Positions 19,414 through 29,635 of a stretch of 55,908 nucleotides of DNA are shown one piece after another. The stretch's first letter is position 1. Every line of letters begins with the position of its first letter. The notes under the pieces were generated by a model. That model was not told the DNA's origin, made no database searches, and saw nothing but the letters and a program-made list of their open reading frames with translations. The DNA is taken from NCBI GenBank assembly GCA_050253075.1, contig JBFWJS010000005.1, forward strand, positions 206,869-262,776. Reading direction: 5' to 3'. This DNA is from Deferribacterales bacterium (GTDB taxonomy: Bacteria > Chrysiogenota > Deferribacteres > Deferribacterales > Geovibrionaceae). Position numbers and translations under genes: made by a program.

Positions 19414-20766
19414 TTACTTCATTTTAAGGAAGTCGCGCATCATCGCCGGGTTAAGTTTATTTGCGCCGCCGAGCTTCTTCTTCATCTGCTTCATCATCTT
19501 GTTCATCTGATTCAGCTGATTCACGAGTCTGTTAACGTCAGCGACATTTGTTCCGCTGCCTCGTGCGATACGCTTTTTACGGCTAGCGTTCAGCACTTTG
19601 GCATTTTTTCTCTCTTTCAGTGTCATAGAGAAGATGATCGCCTCGATCTTTTTGAACTGGCGGTCGTCTATCTCACCCATGTTTACGTTACCGAGACCCG
19701 GTATCATACGCATGATGCTGTCGAGAGAACCCATCTTCTTGATCATCTTGAACTGTTTGAGCATATCCTCAAAGTCAAGACCCTGCTTAGCCATCTTGGC
19801 TGCCATTTCTTCGGCATCGCCTTCCTCGATGGATTCCTGAGCACGCTCGACGAGGGTAACGATATCACCCATGCCGAGGATCCTAGAAGCCATACGGTCA
19901 GGATAGAACTGCTCGAATTCTGTGAGCTTCTCACCTGTACCGATAAATTTCAGAGGCTTTCCTGTGACCTCTTTGATAGAAAGCGCAGCACCGCCTCGTG
20001 CGTCACCGTCCATCTTTGTCAGGATGATACCTGTGGCGTCGAGCTCATCATTAAAGCTCTTCGCAACGTTTACGGCATCCTGTCCGGTCATAGCATCCGC
20101 AACGAAAAGTATCTCGTCGGGATTAACGGCCTCTTTTGTACGGACTATCTCACCCATCAGCTCTTCGTCGATGTGGAGACGGCCCGCAGTATCTATAATC
20201 ACAATATCTCTGGCAGTTTTCTTGGCCTGTGCGAGGGCATCTTTTGCGATCTTCACCGCATCCTTGCTCTCTCTGTCTGCATAGACATCACAGCCGATCT
20301 GTCTGCCCAGTGTTTCCAGCTGGTCAATAGCAGCCGGACGATATATATCGCCCGCAACCAGAAGCACCGATTTGCTTTGCTTCATAAAAAAGTTCGCCAG
20401 CTTACCTGCGGAAGTTGTCTTACCCGAACCCTGAAGACCTGCCATCATAATAACTGTTGGAGGGTTTGAACTGAGCTTTATCTTGGCCTCTTTATAGTCA
20501 ACTCCGCCAAGGATATCGACAAGCTCGTCATTCACAATCTTTATGAATACCTGGTCTGGGGTAAGGCTTTTCTTGACCTCTTCTCCCATAGCTTTTTCAC
20601 GAACGTTACTTATGAAGGTTTTTACCACTTTAAAGTTAACGTCGGCCTCAAGCAGAGCCATACGGACCTGTTTAAGGGCTTCGTTTATATTATCTTCGTC
20701 GATTCTAACCTGCTTTTTCAGTTTGGAAAAAACAGAGTTTAATTTGTCATTCAATGTAGCAAACAT
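19414..20766 (-). CDS. ffh: Signal recognition particle protein
   Basis: GLQGSGKTT, DTAGR, TKMDGDARGG, Met-rich M domain. Confidence 0.97.
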   Translation of the reverse strand: MFATLNDKLNSVFSKLKKQVRIDEDNINEALKQVRMALLEADVNFKVVKTFISNVREKAMGEEVKKSLTPDQVFIKIVNDELVDILGGVDYKEAKIKLSSNPPTVIMMAGLQGSGKTTSAGKLANFFMKQSKSVLLVAGDIYRPAAIDQLETLGRQIGCDVYADRESKDAVKIAKDALAQAKKTARDIVIIDTAGRLHIDEELMGEIVRTKEAVNPDEILFVADAMTGQDAVNVAKSFNDELDATGIILTKMDGDARGGAALSIKEVTGKPLKFIGTGEKLTEFEQFYPDRMASRILGMGDIVTLVERAQESIEEGDAEEMAAKMAKQGLDFEDMLKQFKMIKKMGSLDSIMRMIPGLGNVNMGEIDDRQFKKIEAIIFSMTLKERKNAKVLNASRKKRIARGSGTNVADVNRLVNQLNQMNKMMKQMKKKLGGANKLNPAMMRDFLKMK

Positions 20767-20808
20767 ATTTTAAACGCACCTCTAGTAAGGTATAAGGGTG
20801 AACTAAAG

Positions 20809-20837
20809 TTTATAGGTGAAAGCTATAGACATGTCAA
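20809..20837 (-). promoter_or_regulatory. sigma70 promoter for ffh
   Basis: TTGACA-17-TATAAA. Confidence 0.5.
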
Positions 20838-20899
20838 GGTGAAAAAGAAAACAGTTCAAAAAACTTTTCCACAAAGGCTTTCAGGAGATAATAGCTCGT

Positions 20900-22180
20900 C
20901 TATGCCCCTGCGTGGTCTGCCCTCTGCTGTGCTCTTTTCAGTCGTGAACACATGGTCCCCATCATCTTTCGGGCAAAGTCCGTGTTGTCTCTTATGATCT
21001 CTTCAAATATCTTCGGCGGGAGCACAACAACCTCACTGTCGGATGCTGCCCTGACTGTTGCGCTGCGAGCCTCGCCCGTCATGTACGCCATCTCTCCGAA
21101 GACCTCGCCGGATTTTATCATACCGACAGTGTCTCCGTCTATCACGGCATCCAGTATGCCTGATAAAACATAATATACGCTGTCAGACTCGTCCCCTTTA
21201 TGCAGGAGAACGTCCCCCGCTTTCAGGTTTACGGTGTATTTCTCCAGTATCTTTTTATTCAGCATGATGAACCTGTCCGAAGGCTTGTCGTCGCTGAACA
21301 GCCTGTTCAGTATGAGGATGTCTGCCTTATACGTCACATATACATACTGGGCGCAGAAGAGGAAAAGTAGAAATATAAAGTAAGACCACACCAGCACAAC
21401 GATAAGCGAGCCGAGTATGCCGTATGCAGAGTTAAAGGCTATATGCTTAAAGATGATCACGGCGCCAGACTTCGCACCCACGAAAACCACAAGGAACATC
21501 AGCGTCCCCTTAGTGGCACTTTTGCTCCCGGGTTTTTTAACGGGGAGATATCTGTATGTGATGTATACCACTACCATAGCCATCAGTGCGGGGATGATGT
21601 ATGCTCCTGCGTTTATCAAAGGCTCTATATAATATGTGCTGACACCATTTATCTGAAGGTATTTATAAAGCACCTGCTTTGTGGTGTTTAACACGCCGAT
21701 AAGTATCACCACCACAAATACAAAAGGCAGGACACCGAGCGATATCGCATTTTCCAGAAAAAAGTTACGCCGCTTTTCCGCAGGGAATATAACGCTGAAA
21801 GCACGCTGTACAGACGTAAGTATCAGTCGGCTGGAAAACATGAGGTTGAGTATACCGAGCACCCCGATGGTGTTCCCTGCGAGCTTTGATATTCCGAATC
21901 TCTCGAAGAGCTGCGGTGTTATATTTTCGTTAAAAACAGAGAGCACCACAAAAAGGTCGTTTGAAAACTGCGGATACTTCTCAAGGAATGTGTCGAATAT
22001 ATAAAAAAGCACAAGCACCATAGGTATCATGGAGAGGAGCATATAGTATGCACAGGCGGCTGCGTGGTTACGCAGTTCGTTCCTGTTGAAAAAGGTCAGT
22101 GTGATATTTATTTTCTGGTAAAAATCGAGAATGTACTTTTCAGGGTTTGAAAGTTTGACAATAAGTCTCTTATACCGCAC
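20900..22180 (-). CDS. YihY/BrkB-family membrane protein fused to a cyclic-nucleotide-binding domain
   Basis: AAACAYYMLLSMIP, YRYLP, YGILGSLIVVLVWSY; C-terminal GDESDSVYYVLSG..GEVFGEMA..RSATVRA. Confidence 0.8.
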   Translation of the reverse strand: MRYKRLIVKLSNPEKYILDFYQKINITLTFFNRNELRNHAAACAYYMLLSMIPMVLVLFYIFDTFLEKYPQFSNDLFVVLSVFNENITPQLFERFGISKLAGNTIGVLGILNLMFSSRLILTSVQRAFSVIFPAEKRRNFFLENAISLGVLPFVFVVVILIGVLNTTKQVLYKYLQINGVSTYYIEPLINAGAYIIPALMAMVVVYITYRYLPVKKPGSKSATKGTLMFLVVFVGAKSGAVIIFKHIAFNSAYGILGSLIVVLVWSYFIFLLFLFCAQYVYVTYKADILILNRLFSDDKPSDRFIMLNKKILEKYTVNLKAGDVLLHKGDESDSVYYVLSGILDAVIDGDTVGMIKSGEVFGEMAYMTGEARSATVRAASDSEVVVLPPKIFEEIIRDNTDFARKMMGTMCSRLKRAQQRADHAGA

Positions 22181-22182
22181 GC

Positions 22183-23049
22183 CTAGACGACCTTGACATG
22201 CCAGGGCTCGAAACGTACTCCGTATGGGTTCTTCCTGTCATAGCGGATACGCATGTATCCCCTCTGCATCAGCATGGCGTACTCCTTCGTCGTGGCAAAT
22301 TTGTCTGTAAAGTTGCGGAATCCCCAACCCTTTATCCCCACGTCGAAATCGCCTATACCGTGATACGAATAACCCACAGGTGCTATTGACCGAGATGCCA
22401 TAGAGAGGTTCCCTTTTGTCTCCATAGCTTTATTAAGGAAGAGATGAAGCTGCTTTACAACACTGCGCACGCCTGAAGTGAGTATCAGTGAATCCATCTC
22501 TGCGGTTATCTTTTTATATGTGGAAAGGGAAAGGTTATATATATAGTGGCCGCTGCTCGGAACCTTGACCATCTTATCACTGTCGACCCTGTCGGTGAGG
22601 CTGTCGAATATCTTCTCACCGTAAAAGCCGTATGCCGAAGCATCCCTCGCAAAGAGAGTCTCAAGGTAATCCAGCTCTGCCTTTGTGAAAGGGGTGAGGG
22701 TGTCGACGTTATTTGCATAATTGATCGCTTCGTCGAAGTTCAGCACGTTGAAATTACCGAAACCGACATAACGCATAATAGAGGATGTCTTACGCCAGCA
22801 GGATTCGATAAGGGCGAATTCCACAGGGTCGGCTATTATGTCGTCTGTGAAAGCCTCGTCAAACCTGCGTATCTTGTCGAAATATGCAGAAGATGCGTTG
22901 AACACACTTTCATTGTCTAAGCTCCTGAAAGAGCGAATCATTTGAGGTTTGTTCAGCCCATATCCCGAAAATGCTTGCCCCCCGACAGGCATTGAGGCCA
23001 CGAAGGCTGCGGCGGCTGAAAGTTTCAGAAAATCTCTTCTATTAATCAT
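22183..23049 (-). CDS. Tat-exported M15B (VanY-like) D,D-carboxypeptidase
   Basis: NRRDFLK Tat signal; SGVRS, APVGYSYHG.GDFD, FEPWH Zn motifs. Confidence 0.8.
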   Translation of the reverse strand: MINRRDFLKLSAAAAFVASMPVGGQAFSGYGLNKPQMIRSFRSLDNESVFNASSAYFDKIRRFDEAFTDDIIADPVEFALIESCWRKTSSIMRYVGFGNFNVLNFDEAINYANNVDTLTPFTKAELDYLETLFARDASAYGFYGEKIFDSLTDRVDSDKMVKVPSSGHYIYNLSLSTYKKITAEMDSLILTSGVRSVVKQLHLFLNKAMETKGNLSMASRSIAPVGYSYHGIGDFDVGIKGWGFRNFTDKFATTKEYAMLMQRGYMRIRYDRKNPYGVRFEPWHVKVV

Positions 23050-23201
23050 AGCTGACGCACCTTGATATATATCTATATGTAATATTACTAAAACAGAATT
23101 ATTATTTAAAGTAAAAAAGATGTAAGACCAAAAAAAAGGGATGCCCGAAGACCCAGCCCCTTAAAAGATTCGTTGCAGAATCTCTAAAACAAACAAAGCT
23201 A

Positions 23202-23284
23202 CGTCATTCTGAGCGTAGCGAAGAATCTGATACTATTAGAGAATCCACGTGTTCAGATCCTTCGGCTAAAGCCTCAGGATGACG
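23202..23284. repeat. REP-like palindromic doublet (CGTC-tagged)
   Basis: CGTCATTCTGAGCGTAGCGAAGAATCTGA..TCAGATCCTTCGGCTAAAGCCTCAGGATGACG. Confidence 0.85.
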
Positions 23285-23302
23285 AAAAAGTTTTCTGAAA
23301 CA

Positions 23303-23340
23303 TAAAAACCCCAATCTTATTATTAAAATTGGGGTTTTTC
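23303..23340 (-). terminator. Intrinsic terminator downstream of fadL
   Basis: AAAAACCCCAAT..ATTGGGGTTTTT inverted repeat. Confidence 0.7.
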
Positions 23341-23420
23341 TTATTTTACTTCAAAATTTAAACACGTCTTTTAAGTCCCTTGGATCGAAGACACCCCTTT
23401 GTAATTATTCTAACTTTACC

Positions 23421-24833
23421 CTAGAAAGAGTAAGAAACAGTCACACCGTATGCAAGGAGGTGTCCGGAAGCATCTGCCTCCACCTCTGATGTGTGTACGC
23501 CCGGTCTGTAGAATGTCTCGTTAAGGTTATGAGACTCGCCGTTGATCTTGATAGGCTCGATCTTAACATACTGAAGCACGAGATCCACTGTCCAGTCGCC
23601 GAAGTGGAGACCCATACCGCCGGAGAATACGTGCTTGTTAGAGTCAGGCCACTGAACGTCGAATGTGTTGTTAGGAACAACAGTCGGGTCATAGTAGTAA
23701 CCTGCACGGAGGTCTACAGTTTTGTTAAGTTTGTATTCCACACCGAGTCTGTACTGGAATGTATCTTTCCAGTCTCTCTCGTAGTACTCAGTCTGAGCAC
23801 CGTCAGGAGCGAGCACGGGTGTAGCCATGAATGCAGGGTTGAACTGTACGGAGTAATCCTCTATAGAGCCCCACCATGTTCTTGTAATGTCAAAGTTGAT
23901 GTTCCACTTTGGAGTAGGAGAGTACTGTATACCCACCTGAAGCTGATTTGGTGTATCGATGTCTACGGATGCGTCGACATTATAGTTGTTCCAGTATGTA
24001 GGTGTCGGAGCAACATCTATCTCGCCTTCCATATGTGTGTTTGATTTGCTTCTGAATGTAGCACCCACGGAGAACTTCTCGTTGAACTCGTAAAGTACGC
24101 CGATGTTGAAGGAATAGTTGAAGTCGTCTTCCATCTCTGTTTTATATCTGGAACCTGCGAGGTCAGAGTATGAAGCGGCAAGGTATGAAGCCTCTGCAGG
24201 CTGGAAACCGGCTGCTTCCCATGCTGCCGAGTATGTCATGAAATCAGGTACGTATCTCACTCTTTCAACGCCAGCCTCAGATTTACCTATGGAAACACCG
24301 AAGCCGAGTGAAAGTTTATCATTCACTTTGTAAGCGATAGAAGGTGTTATAACCTCTCTCATGTACCATGAGTGGTAAGTGTTATAAGCTGCTGCGTTTT
24401 CCGCAGGGTTGCCGTTCCATGTGAGCTCAAGGCCGTAAGGAACATAAACCGCGAAGCCTAATGTCACCTTGTCGTTTAACGGGTGAACATAGCCGAGATG
24501 CGGCACGATAAGGAGCGGAGATTCGTCCTCAACAGAACCCGGGCTTGTGGTATCGCCGATTGCAGGGTATGCGTTGGATGACATATCCGCATTAAATTTT
24601 TCTATTTTAAGTGATGGATCTACGAAGTGAGATCCGATTGTGAATGTTTTCTTCTTAATTCTTGTCATCGCAGCAGGGTTGTAATAAACCGAGAATGCGT
24701 CGTTGGTACCGGCAGTCATAGCACCTGCCATAGATGTCGCTCTTGAACCAATGCCGTATGTATCAACATGACCTGCGAATGCAGCCGTTGACGTGAGGCA
24801 TATGGACAGAACAATCAAAAAAAACTTTTTCAT
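23421..24833 (-). CDS. FadL/OmpP1-family outer-membrane transporter
   Basis: Signal peptide, MAGA, YYNPAAM hatch motif, PYGL, beta-strand pattern, terminal Phe; start ATG 24833 behind GGAGG. Confidence 0.9.
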   Translation of the reverse strand: MKKFFLIVLSICLTSTAAFAGHVDTYGIGSRATSMAGAMTAGTNDAFSVYYNPAAMTRIKKKTFTIGSHFVDPSLKIEKFNADMSSNAYPAIGDTTSPGSVEDESPLLIVPHLGYVHPLNDKVTLGFAVYVPYGLELTWNGNPAENAAAYNTYHSWYMREVITPSIAYKVNDKLSLGFGVSIGKSEAGVERVRYVPDFMTYSAAWEAAGFQPAEASYLAASYSDLAGSRYKTEMEDDFNYSFNIGVLYEFNEKFSVGATFRSKSNTHMEGEIDVAPTPTYWNNYNVDASVDIDTPNQLQVGIQYSPTPKWNINFDITRTWWGSIEDYSVQFNPAFMATPVLAPDGAQTEYYERDWKDTFQYRLGVEYKLNKTVDLRAGYYYDPTVVPNNTFDVQWPDSNKHVFSGGMGLHFGDWTVDLVLQYVKIEPIKINGESHNLNETFYRPGVHTSEVEADASGHLLAYGVTVSYSF

Positions 24834-24945
24834 TTGGTCCTCCATCATTAACACAATAATCATACACTTTTATTACATAGTTATAGAATGGTCAATAGAA
24901 TAATTGTGGAGTTTATTAATTAGATAAAGTAGTTAGTAAAGCAAT

Positions 24946-24980
24946 AAAAAAAGGGTCAACCTAAAAAAGATTGACCCGTT
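24946..24980 (-). terminator. Intrinsic terminator after tyrS-DUF1015
   Basis: GGGTCAA..TTGACCC stem with A7 (U-tract on the minus strand). Confidence 0.7.
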
Positions 24981-24994
24981 AAAGTATCATTTGT

Positions 24995-26251
24995 TTACAG
25001 TGGATTAATTACTAATCCTGTCTGAAGTTTAGGATAGAAGTAAGTAGACTTCTGAGGCATCACAAGTCCGCTCTCGGATATCTCTCTCACTATTTCGATA
25101 TCCACTCCTTTCAGTATAAAAGCGATAGCTTTTTTGTCCTCTGTGAGCTTCTCTATCTTGTCCATTGTCTGTACAAAATATACGCCCTCTTTTTTGAGGA
25201 TCTGATCCTCTGTCATGCCGAGAACATCTATCATTATGGTCTGCTGAAGCAGATAAGTATCTATCTTTCTATAAACAGGGTGAAGGTTTTCAAGAACCTC
25301 TTCGCCCGCTTTCAGTCCATAAAATTTTCCGTCGAAGTAAGCAGCCATGTTTCTGCCTGCGGATTTGTTTACAAATTCGTTACAGGCAGCCTCGTCGGCA
25401 AGTTCTTCAACAGTGTAGTTCTTCTTCATAGTATCTAGGAATGCATTGATGTCGAATGAGCTGTCCACTTCACATACTCTGTGAGTAGGGAATATCTTGA
25501 GACCTTCGTCATAGAAGTTTACAAACATCATCATGACATAGTCGTAAGGCTTCTCTTCACGTGGGTCGTCGCCGTTCAGCTCGCGCATATAGTCGCGGTA
25601 GTTCAGGGCTGTTTCATATCTGTGGTGTCCGTCAGCGATATAGATAGCCTTATCTTTCATAAAGCTCTCGATGTACTGTACGGATTCAGCGTCATTCACT
25701 GACCAGAGTGTATTTTTTACACCTTCGTCATCCACTGCGGATGATGCAGGCATATTCTTTTTAGCATCGGAGAAGCATGTGTTCAGCATGTTCTCTTTGT
25801 CCATGTAAAGTCCGAATATCTGGCTGAAGTTAGTCTTGCAGGCTTTCATCAGCTCGAAACGGTCTTTCTTCGGACCTGAGAGTGTTTTCTCATGAGGGAA
25901 TACTGTCCCTTTGCCGAGCTCCTCGAGTTTAAGGAGACCTACGAAGCCTGTACGGACATATTCTTTTCCGCCGAATTCGTATATCTGCTCATAAACATAG
26001 AAGCTGGATTTTTTATCTCTGGCAAGGATACCTTTATCAAGGAGATCCTTGTAGATCTTTGCTGCGTTAGCGTATTTTTCTTCCGGTGTTCCGTCGGGCA
26101 GGTCGACCGTCACAACGTTGTGCGGGCACTTTGCCTTAAGAGCGTCTTTCATCTCAGGAGAGATGACATCATATGGTGGAGCGATAACGTTTTTAAGAAG
26201 TACTTCTTCAAGGTTGTATCTGACTCCGGCTAAAGGTCTTACTATAGACAC
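24995..26251 (-). CDS. DUF1015 family protein
   Basis: APPYDVIS, PHEKT, YIADGHHRYETA, PTHR, MPQKSTYFYPK. Confidence 0.9.
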   Translation of the reverse strand: MSIVRPLAGVRYNLEEVLLKNVIAPPYDVISPEMKDALKAKCPHNVVTVDLPDGTPEEKYANAAKIYKDLLDKGILARDKKSSFYVYEQIYEFGGKEYVRTGFVGLLKLEELGKGTVFPHEKTLSGPKKDRFELMKACKTNFSQIFGLYMDKENMLNTCFSDAKKNMPASSAVDDEGVKNTLWSVNDAESVQYIESFMKDKAIYIADGHHRYETALNYRDYMRELNGDDPREEKPYDYVMMMFVNFYDEGLKIFPTHRVCEVDSSFDINAFLDTMKKNYTVEELADEAACNEFVNKSAGRNMAAYFDGKFYGLKAGEEVLENLHPVYRKIDTYLLQQTIMIDVLGMTEDQILKKEGVYFVQTMDKIEKLTEDKKAIAFILKGVDIEIVREISESGLVMPQKSTYFYPKLQTGLVINPL

Positions 26252-26265
26252 TTTCTTCCTCCAAA

Positions 26266-27474
26266 TTAGCTGACTGCTAGTTTTGCGAATTTTCTCTTGC
26301 CCACTTTAAGTGTGTATTCACCCGCAGGCAGGCACTGATCAATATCCTCTACTTTTTCGCCATCTATATAAATTCCACCCTGCTTAGCGAGTCTTCTTGC
26401 TTCGCTGTTGCTGGGGAGAAAGTTTAAACCGCCCTTTCCTATCGCATCGATGAGCTTCATATCTGCCGCCATAGCAAACTCAGGCATGTCGTCAGGGTTC
26501 TCACGTTTGGAGAATACCTGCTCAAATCCTTCCCTCGCCTCTTTCGCTGCCTCCGCAGAGTGAAAGCGCTCCACTATCTCCATAGCGAGTTCTTTCTTTG
26601 CCTCCATAGGATGTTTGGAGCCGTCTGCCACTGCTTTTTTCAGTTCTTCGATCTCAGCGAGAGACTTGTCTGAAAGGAGCAGATAGTAGCGGAACATAAG
26701 CTCGTCGGAGATGGACATAGCCTTACCGAACATGTCTGTGGGGGATTCTGCTATACCTATGTAGTTATTCAGCGACTTAGACATCTTCTGCACGCCGTCG
26801 AGACCCTCAAGGATAGGCATTGTAAGCGCTATCTGAGGAGCCATGTTGTGCGCACGCTGAAGGTCACGTCCGACCAGCAGGTTAAACTTCTGGTCTGTAC
26901 CGCCGAGCTCTACGTCGCTCTTGAGCGCCACAGAGTCGTATCCCTGTACCAGCGGATAGATGAACTCGTGTATGCTGATAGGTCTGTTGTCTTTATATCT
27001 TTTGGAAAAGTCGTCACGCTCGAGCATTCTGGCGACAGTATACTGCGAAGCCAGCTTGATCATGTCGGATGATGACATCTTCTCCATCCATGTACTGTTG
27101 AAAGCCACTTCAGTCTTCTCAGGGTCGAGAATCTTAAAGACCTGCTCCTTGTATGTCTCGGCATTAGCGAGAACTTCCTCTTTGGTCAGAGCTTTTCTTG
27201 TCTCGTTCTTTCCTGTCGGGTCGCCTATCATACCGGTGAAGTCACCGATAAGGAATATGACCTGATGTCCGAGATCCTGAAAGTGTTTCAGCTTCTGTAT
27301 GAGAACTGTATGACCAAGGTGAAGGTCAGGTGCAGTAGGGTCGAACCCTGCTTTTATTCTGAGTGGTGTGTTTGTCTCGTATGATTTTGTGAGTTTTTTA
27401 AGGAGCTCCTCTTCCGAGATGATCTCCTCGCTTCCTCTTTTGATCTGTTCTAATTGCTCTTCAGGTTTTAGCAC
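26266..27474 (-). CDS. tyrS: Tyrosine-tRNA ligase
   Basis: [19 protein letters not shown]-terminal S4 domain (VGKRKF). Confidence 0.97.
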   Translation of the reverse strand: MLKPEEQLEQIKRGSEEIISEEELLKKLTKSYETNTPLRIKAGFDPTAPDLHLGHTVLIQKLKHFQDLGHQVIFLIGDFTGMIGDPTGKNETRKALTKEEVLANAETYKEQVFKILDPEKTEVAFNSTWMEKMSSSDMIKLASQYTVARMLERDDFSKRYKDNRPISIHEFIYPLVQGYDSVALKSDVELGGTDQKFNLLVGRDLQRAHNMAPQIALTMPILEGLDGVQKMSKSLNNYIGIAESPTDMFGKAMSISDELMFRYYLLLSDKSLAEIEELKKAVADGSKHPMEAKKELAMEIVERFHSAEAAKEAREGFEQVFSKRENPDDMPEFAMAADMKLIDAIGKGGLNFLPSNSEARRLAKQGGIYIDGEKVEDIDQCLPAGEYTLKVGKRKFAKLAVS

Positions 27475-27574
27475 ATTGCCTCCAGTTTATACCGCAAAAC
27501 GGCTCTTAGCAAAATGTAAGTAGTTTATATATGATTCTCTCTGATTGTTCAAGAGAACTGTTGCTTTTTGTATA

Positions 27575-28363
27575 CTATATCCCGTACAACAGCCTGTCCA
27601 TACGGGTTTCAAAGAAAAGATAAATTAAGCCAGCAGCCGAGATAAAGGGGCCGAACGGGATCATCATATCCCTCTTCCCCGAGGCGAACTGCCATATTAT
27701 ACCTATCACTGCCCCCATAAGGGCACTGGCAAATACCACGAAAAACACCGACTTAAGCCCCAGAAAAGCACCGAGCACAGCCACCAGCTTCACATCTCCG
27801 AAGCCCATCCCCTCGCGCTTGCGCACCAGCTTATAAAGGAAAGACGGTATATAAAGGGCGAGAAAGCCCACGACCGCTCCGTATATGGGGAACAGCATGT
27901 TGTGATGCAGGAAATACCCCATAGCCAGCGCAGACACCAGCCCGAAGACTATCAGACTGTCGGGGATGATACCGCACTCGAAGTTTTCCGCATCGAGGGC
28001 AGAAAAGAGGTCAGCAAGCCCCGCAGACACCGCCGTAAGTATCAGCAGCACAGCCATGACAAACTGTGCGCTCAGGCCGAATCTGTAGAAAGCATACCAG
28101 ACCAGAAACCCCGTAAGGAGCTCTGTCATAGGATACATCACGGATATCTTCGAACCGCAGAAGCGGCACTTGCCTCCGAGGAATATCCAGCTGAAAACGG
28201 GAACATTATCATAAAAGCGGACTCTTTCTCCGCAGGATGTACAGTGTGAAGGCGGTCTTACGATGGAAAGCTCCCTCGGCAGTCTGTATATGAGCACATT
28301 CATGAAACTGCCCATGCACAGCCCGAGACAAAGGGCGTATATATGAAGGATTAGATTGTTCAC
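27575..28363 (-). CDS. pilD: Prepilin peptidase (A24A)
   Basis: GSFMNVLIYRLP, two CxxC, GMGFGDVKL, PFGPF. Confidence 0.9.
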   Translation of the reverse strand: MNNLILHIYALCLGLCMGSFMNVLIYRLPRELSIVRPPSHCTSCGERVRFYDNVPVFSWIFLGGKCRFCGSKISVMYPMTELLTGFLVWYAFYRFGLSAQFVMAVLLILTAVSAGLADLFSALDAENFECGIIPDSLIVFGLVSALAMGYFLHHNMLFPIYGAVVGFLALYIPSFLYKLVRKREGMGFGDVKLVAVLGAFLGLKSVFFVVFASALMGAVIGIIWQFASGKRDMMIPFGPFISAAGLIYLFFETRMDRLLYGI

Positions 28364-28367
28364 GGTA

Positions 28368-28835
28368 TTATTTTGTATCTTCCAGAGCCACTTCGATAAC
28401 GAAGGTGTCGTCTCCGACTTTGAATGTCATGCCTATGCACTGGACATTGCGCTGTTTGCCGACCATATGGTTCTTACCGACGACGACATTAGGAATGGAT
28501 ATCTTAAAGCGGATGCCTTTCTTGGAGAAGACCTGCTTAGCACCGCCGGCGATCATGTTGAGGATCTCACCGATGGCGTCCATGACGTCTTCGTCCATCT
28601 CAGTTTTTGTTTCGCCCAGGAAATTTTCAAGAACTTTAAAGGCAAGGCTCTCTGTCATACTGATAACGACAAAGCCTGTTGCCTGTCCGGCGAGACCTAT
28701 AATGCCTGAAATATCATAGGGCAGTTTTTCATCTGACTTAATGTACAGACTGCCACGTTCAGGCTCTATGCCCACCATAGTTTTGAAAACTTCGCTTGTA
28801 GCTGTTATAAATGGGTTAACGTATTCCGCTTTCAT
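28368..28835 (-). CDS. cheX: Chemotaxis phosphatase CheX
   Basis: YVNPF, DISGIIGLAG, DAIGEILNMIAG, ISIP. Confidence 0.9.
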   Translation of the reverse strand: MKAEYVNPFITATSEVFKTMVGIEPERGSLYIKSDEKLPYDISGIIGLAGQATGFVVISMTESLAFKVLENFLGETKTEMDEDVMDAIGEILNMIAGGAKQVFSKKGIRFKISIPNVVVGKNHMVGKQRNVQCIGMTFKVGDDTFVIEVALEDTK

Positions 28836-28837
28836 TT

Positions 28838-29635
28838 TTAAATTGCCATAAAGATAATTTTGTTTGCATCAGCGAAGGCAATGCATGAATCCACATCCAC
28901 CACGAATGTCGCACCAGCCTCAATTGCAATTAATCTACCGCCATTATCAGCCAAATTCCTCAAGGTGTCAACACCGACCGTTGGAATATCGAATCTTTTA
29001 TCCTGTGAGGGTTTCGCACATTTGACAACCACGGCATCTTTTTTCGCCAGTGAGCATCCTCTGATGACAGCCTTGTCCGTCCCCTCTATCGCTTCGAGGG
29101 CGAGCACTGCTTTATCTTTAACGACAACAGTCTGGCCTATGTCCAGCCTGCCTAATTCCTTTGCAATTTCCAGCCCGAATTCCACATCGGCGAGCTGCTC
29201 TGCATTGGGTTTCTTTTTGCTGTATACCCCCTTTTCCAGAAAAAGGGTATAGAGGGCATCCGACTGCTCCATGACGCTTATACCGTTTCTGGCGAGCTCT
29301 TCGCATACGGCATTCATAAGGGTGTCGTCCTTGCGGTTCTTCAGCTTTGCGAGGAGCTTTACGGCTGTAAGGTCGAATTTAAGGTCTGAAAAGAGAAGGG
29401 ACTTGTTCACCTTTCCGGCAAACAAGACCCTGTCTACGTTATAATTTTTGAGAGTTTTAATGATCTTGCCGACCTGCGTCACGCTTATCTTTTCCACAGG
29501 GACGTTTAGCCCGCTGAGGTCTGCTGTGACTTCCTCATAAAAAGCGATGATGCAAAGATCGTGTCCGTCTTTAATGAGGTTCCGGGCGGCTATAAGTGGT
29601 AATGTTCCATAGCCGGCTATAAGGCCGGTTCTCAA
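28838..29635 (-). CDS. lpxI: UDP-2,3-diacylglucosamine pyrophosphatase LpxI
   Basis: GLIAGYGTLP, DIGQTVVV, EAIEGTD, QDKRFDIPTVG. Confidence 0.92.
   Translation of the reverse strand: MRTGLIAGYGTLPLIAARNLIKDGHDLCIIAFYEEVTADLSGLNVPVEKISVTQVGKIIKTLKNYNVDRVLFAGKVNKSLLFSDLKFDLTAVKLLAKLKNRKDDTLMNAVCEELARNGISVMEQSDALYTLFLEKGVYSKKKPNAEQLADVEFGLEIAKELGRLDIGQTVVVKDKAVLALEAIEGTDKAVIRGCSLAKKDAVVVKCAKPSQDKRFDIPTVGVDTLRNLADNGGRLIAIEAGATFVVDVDSCIAFADANKIIFMAI

Noticed and set aside
27475..27574. T-box riboswitch upstream of tyrS
   Set aside because: The 100-bp spacer is too short and lacks the T-box consensus and a terminator
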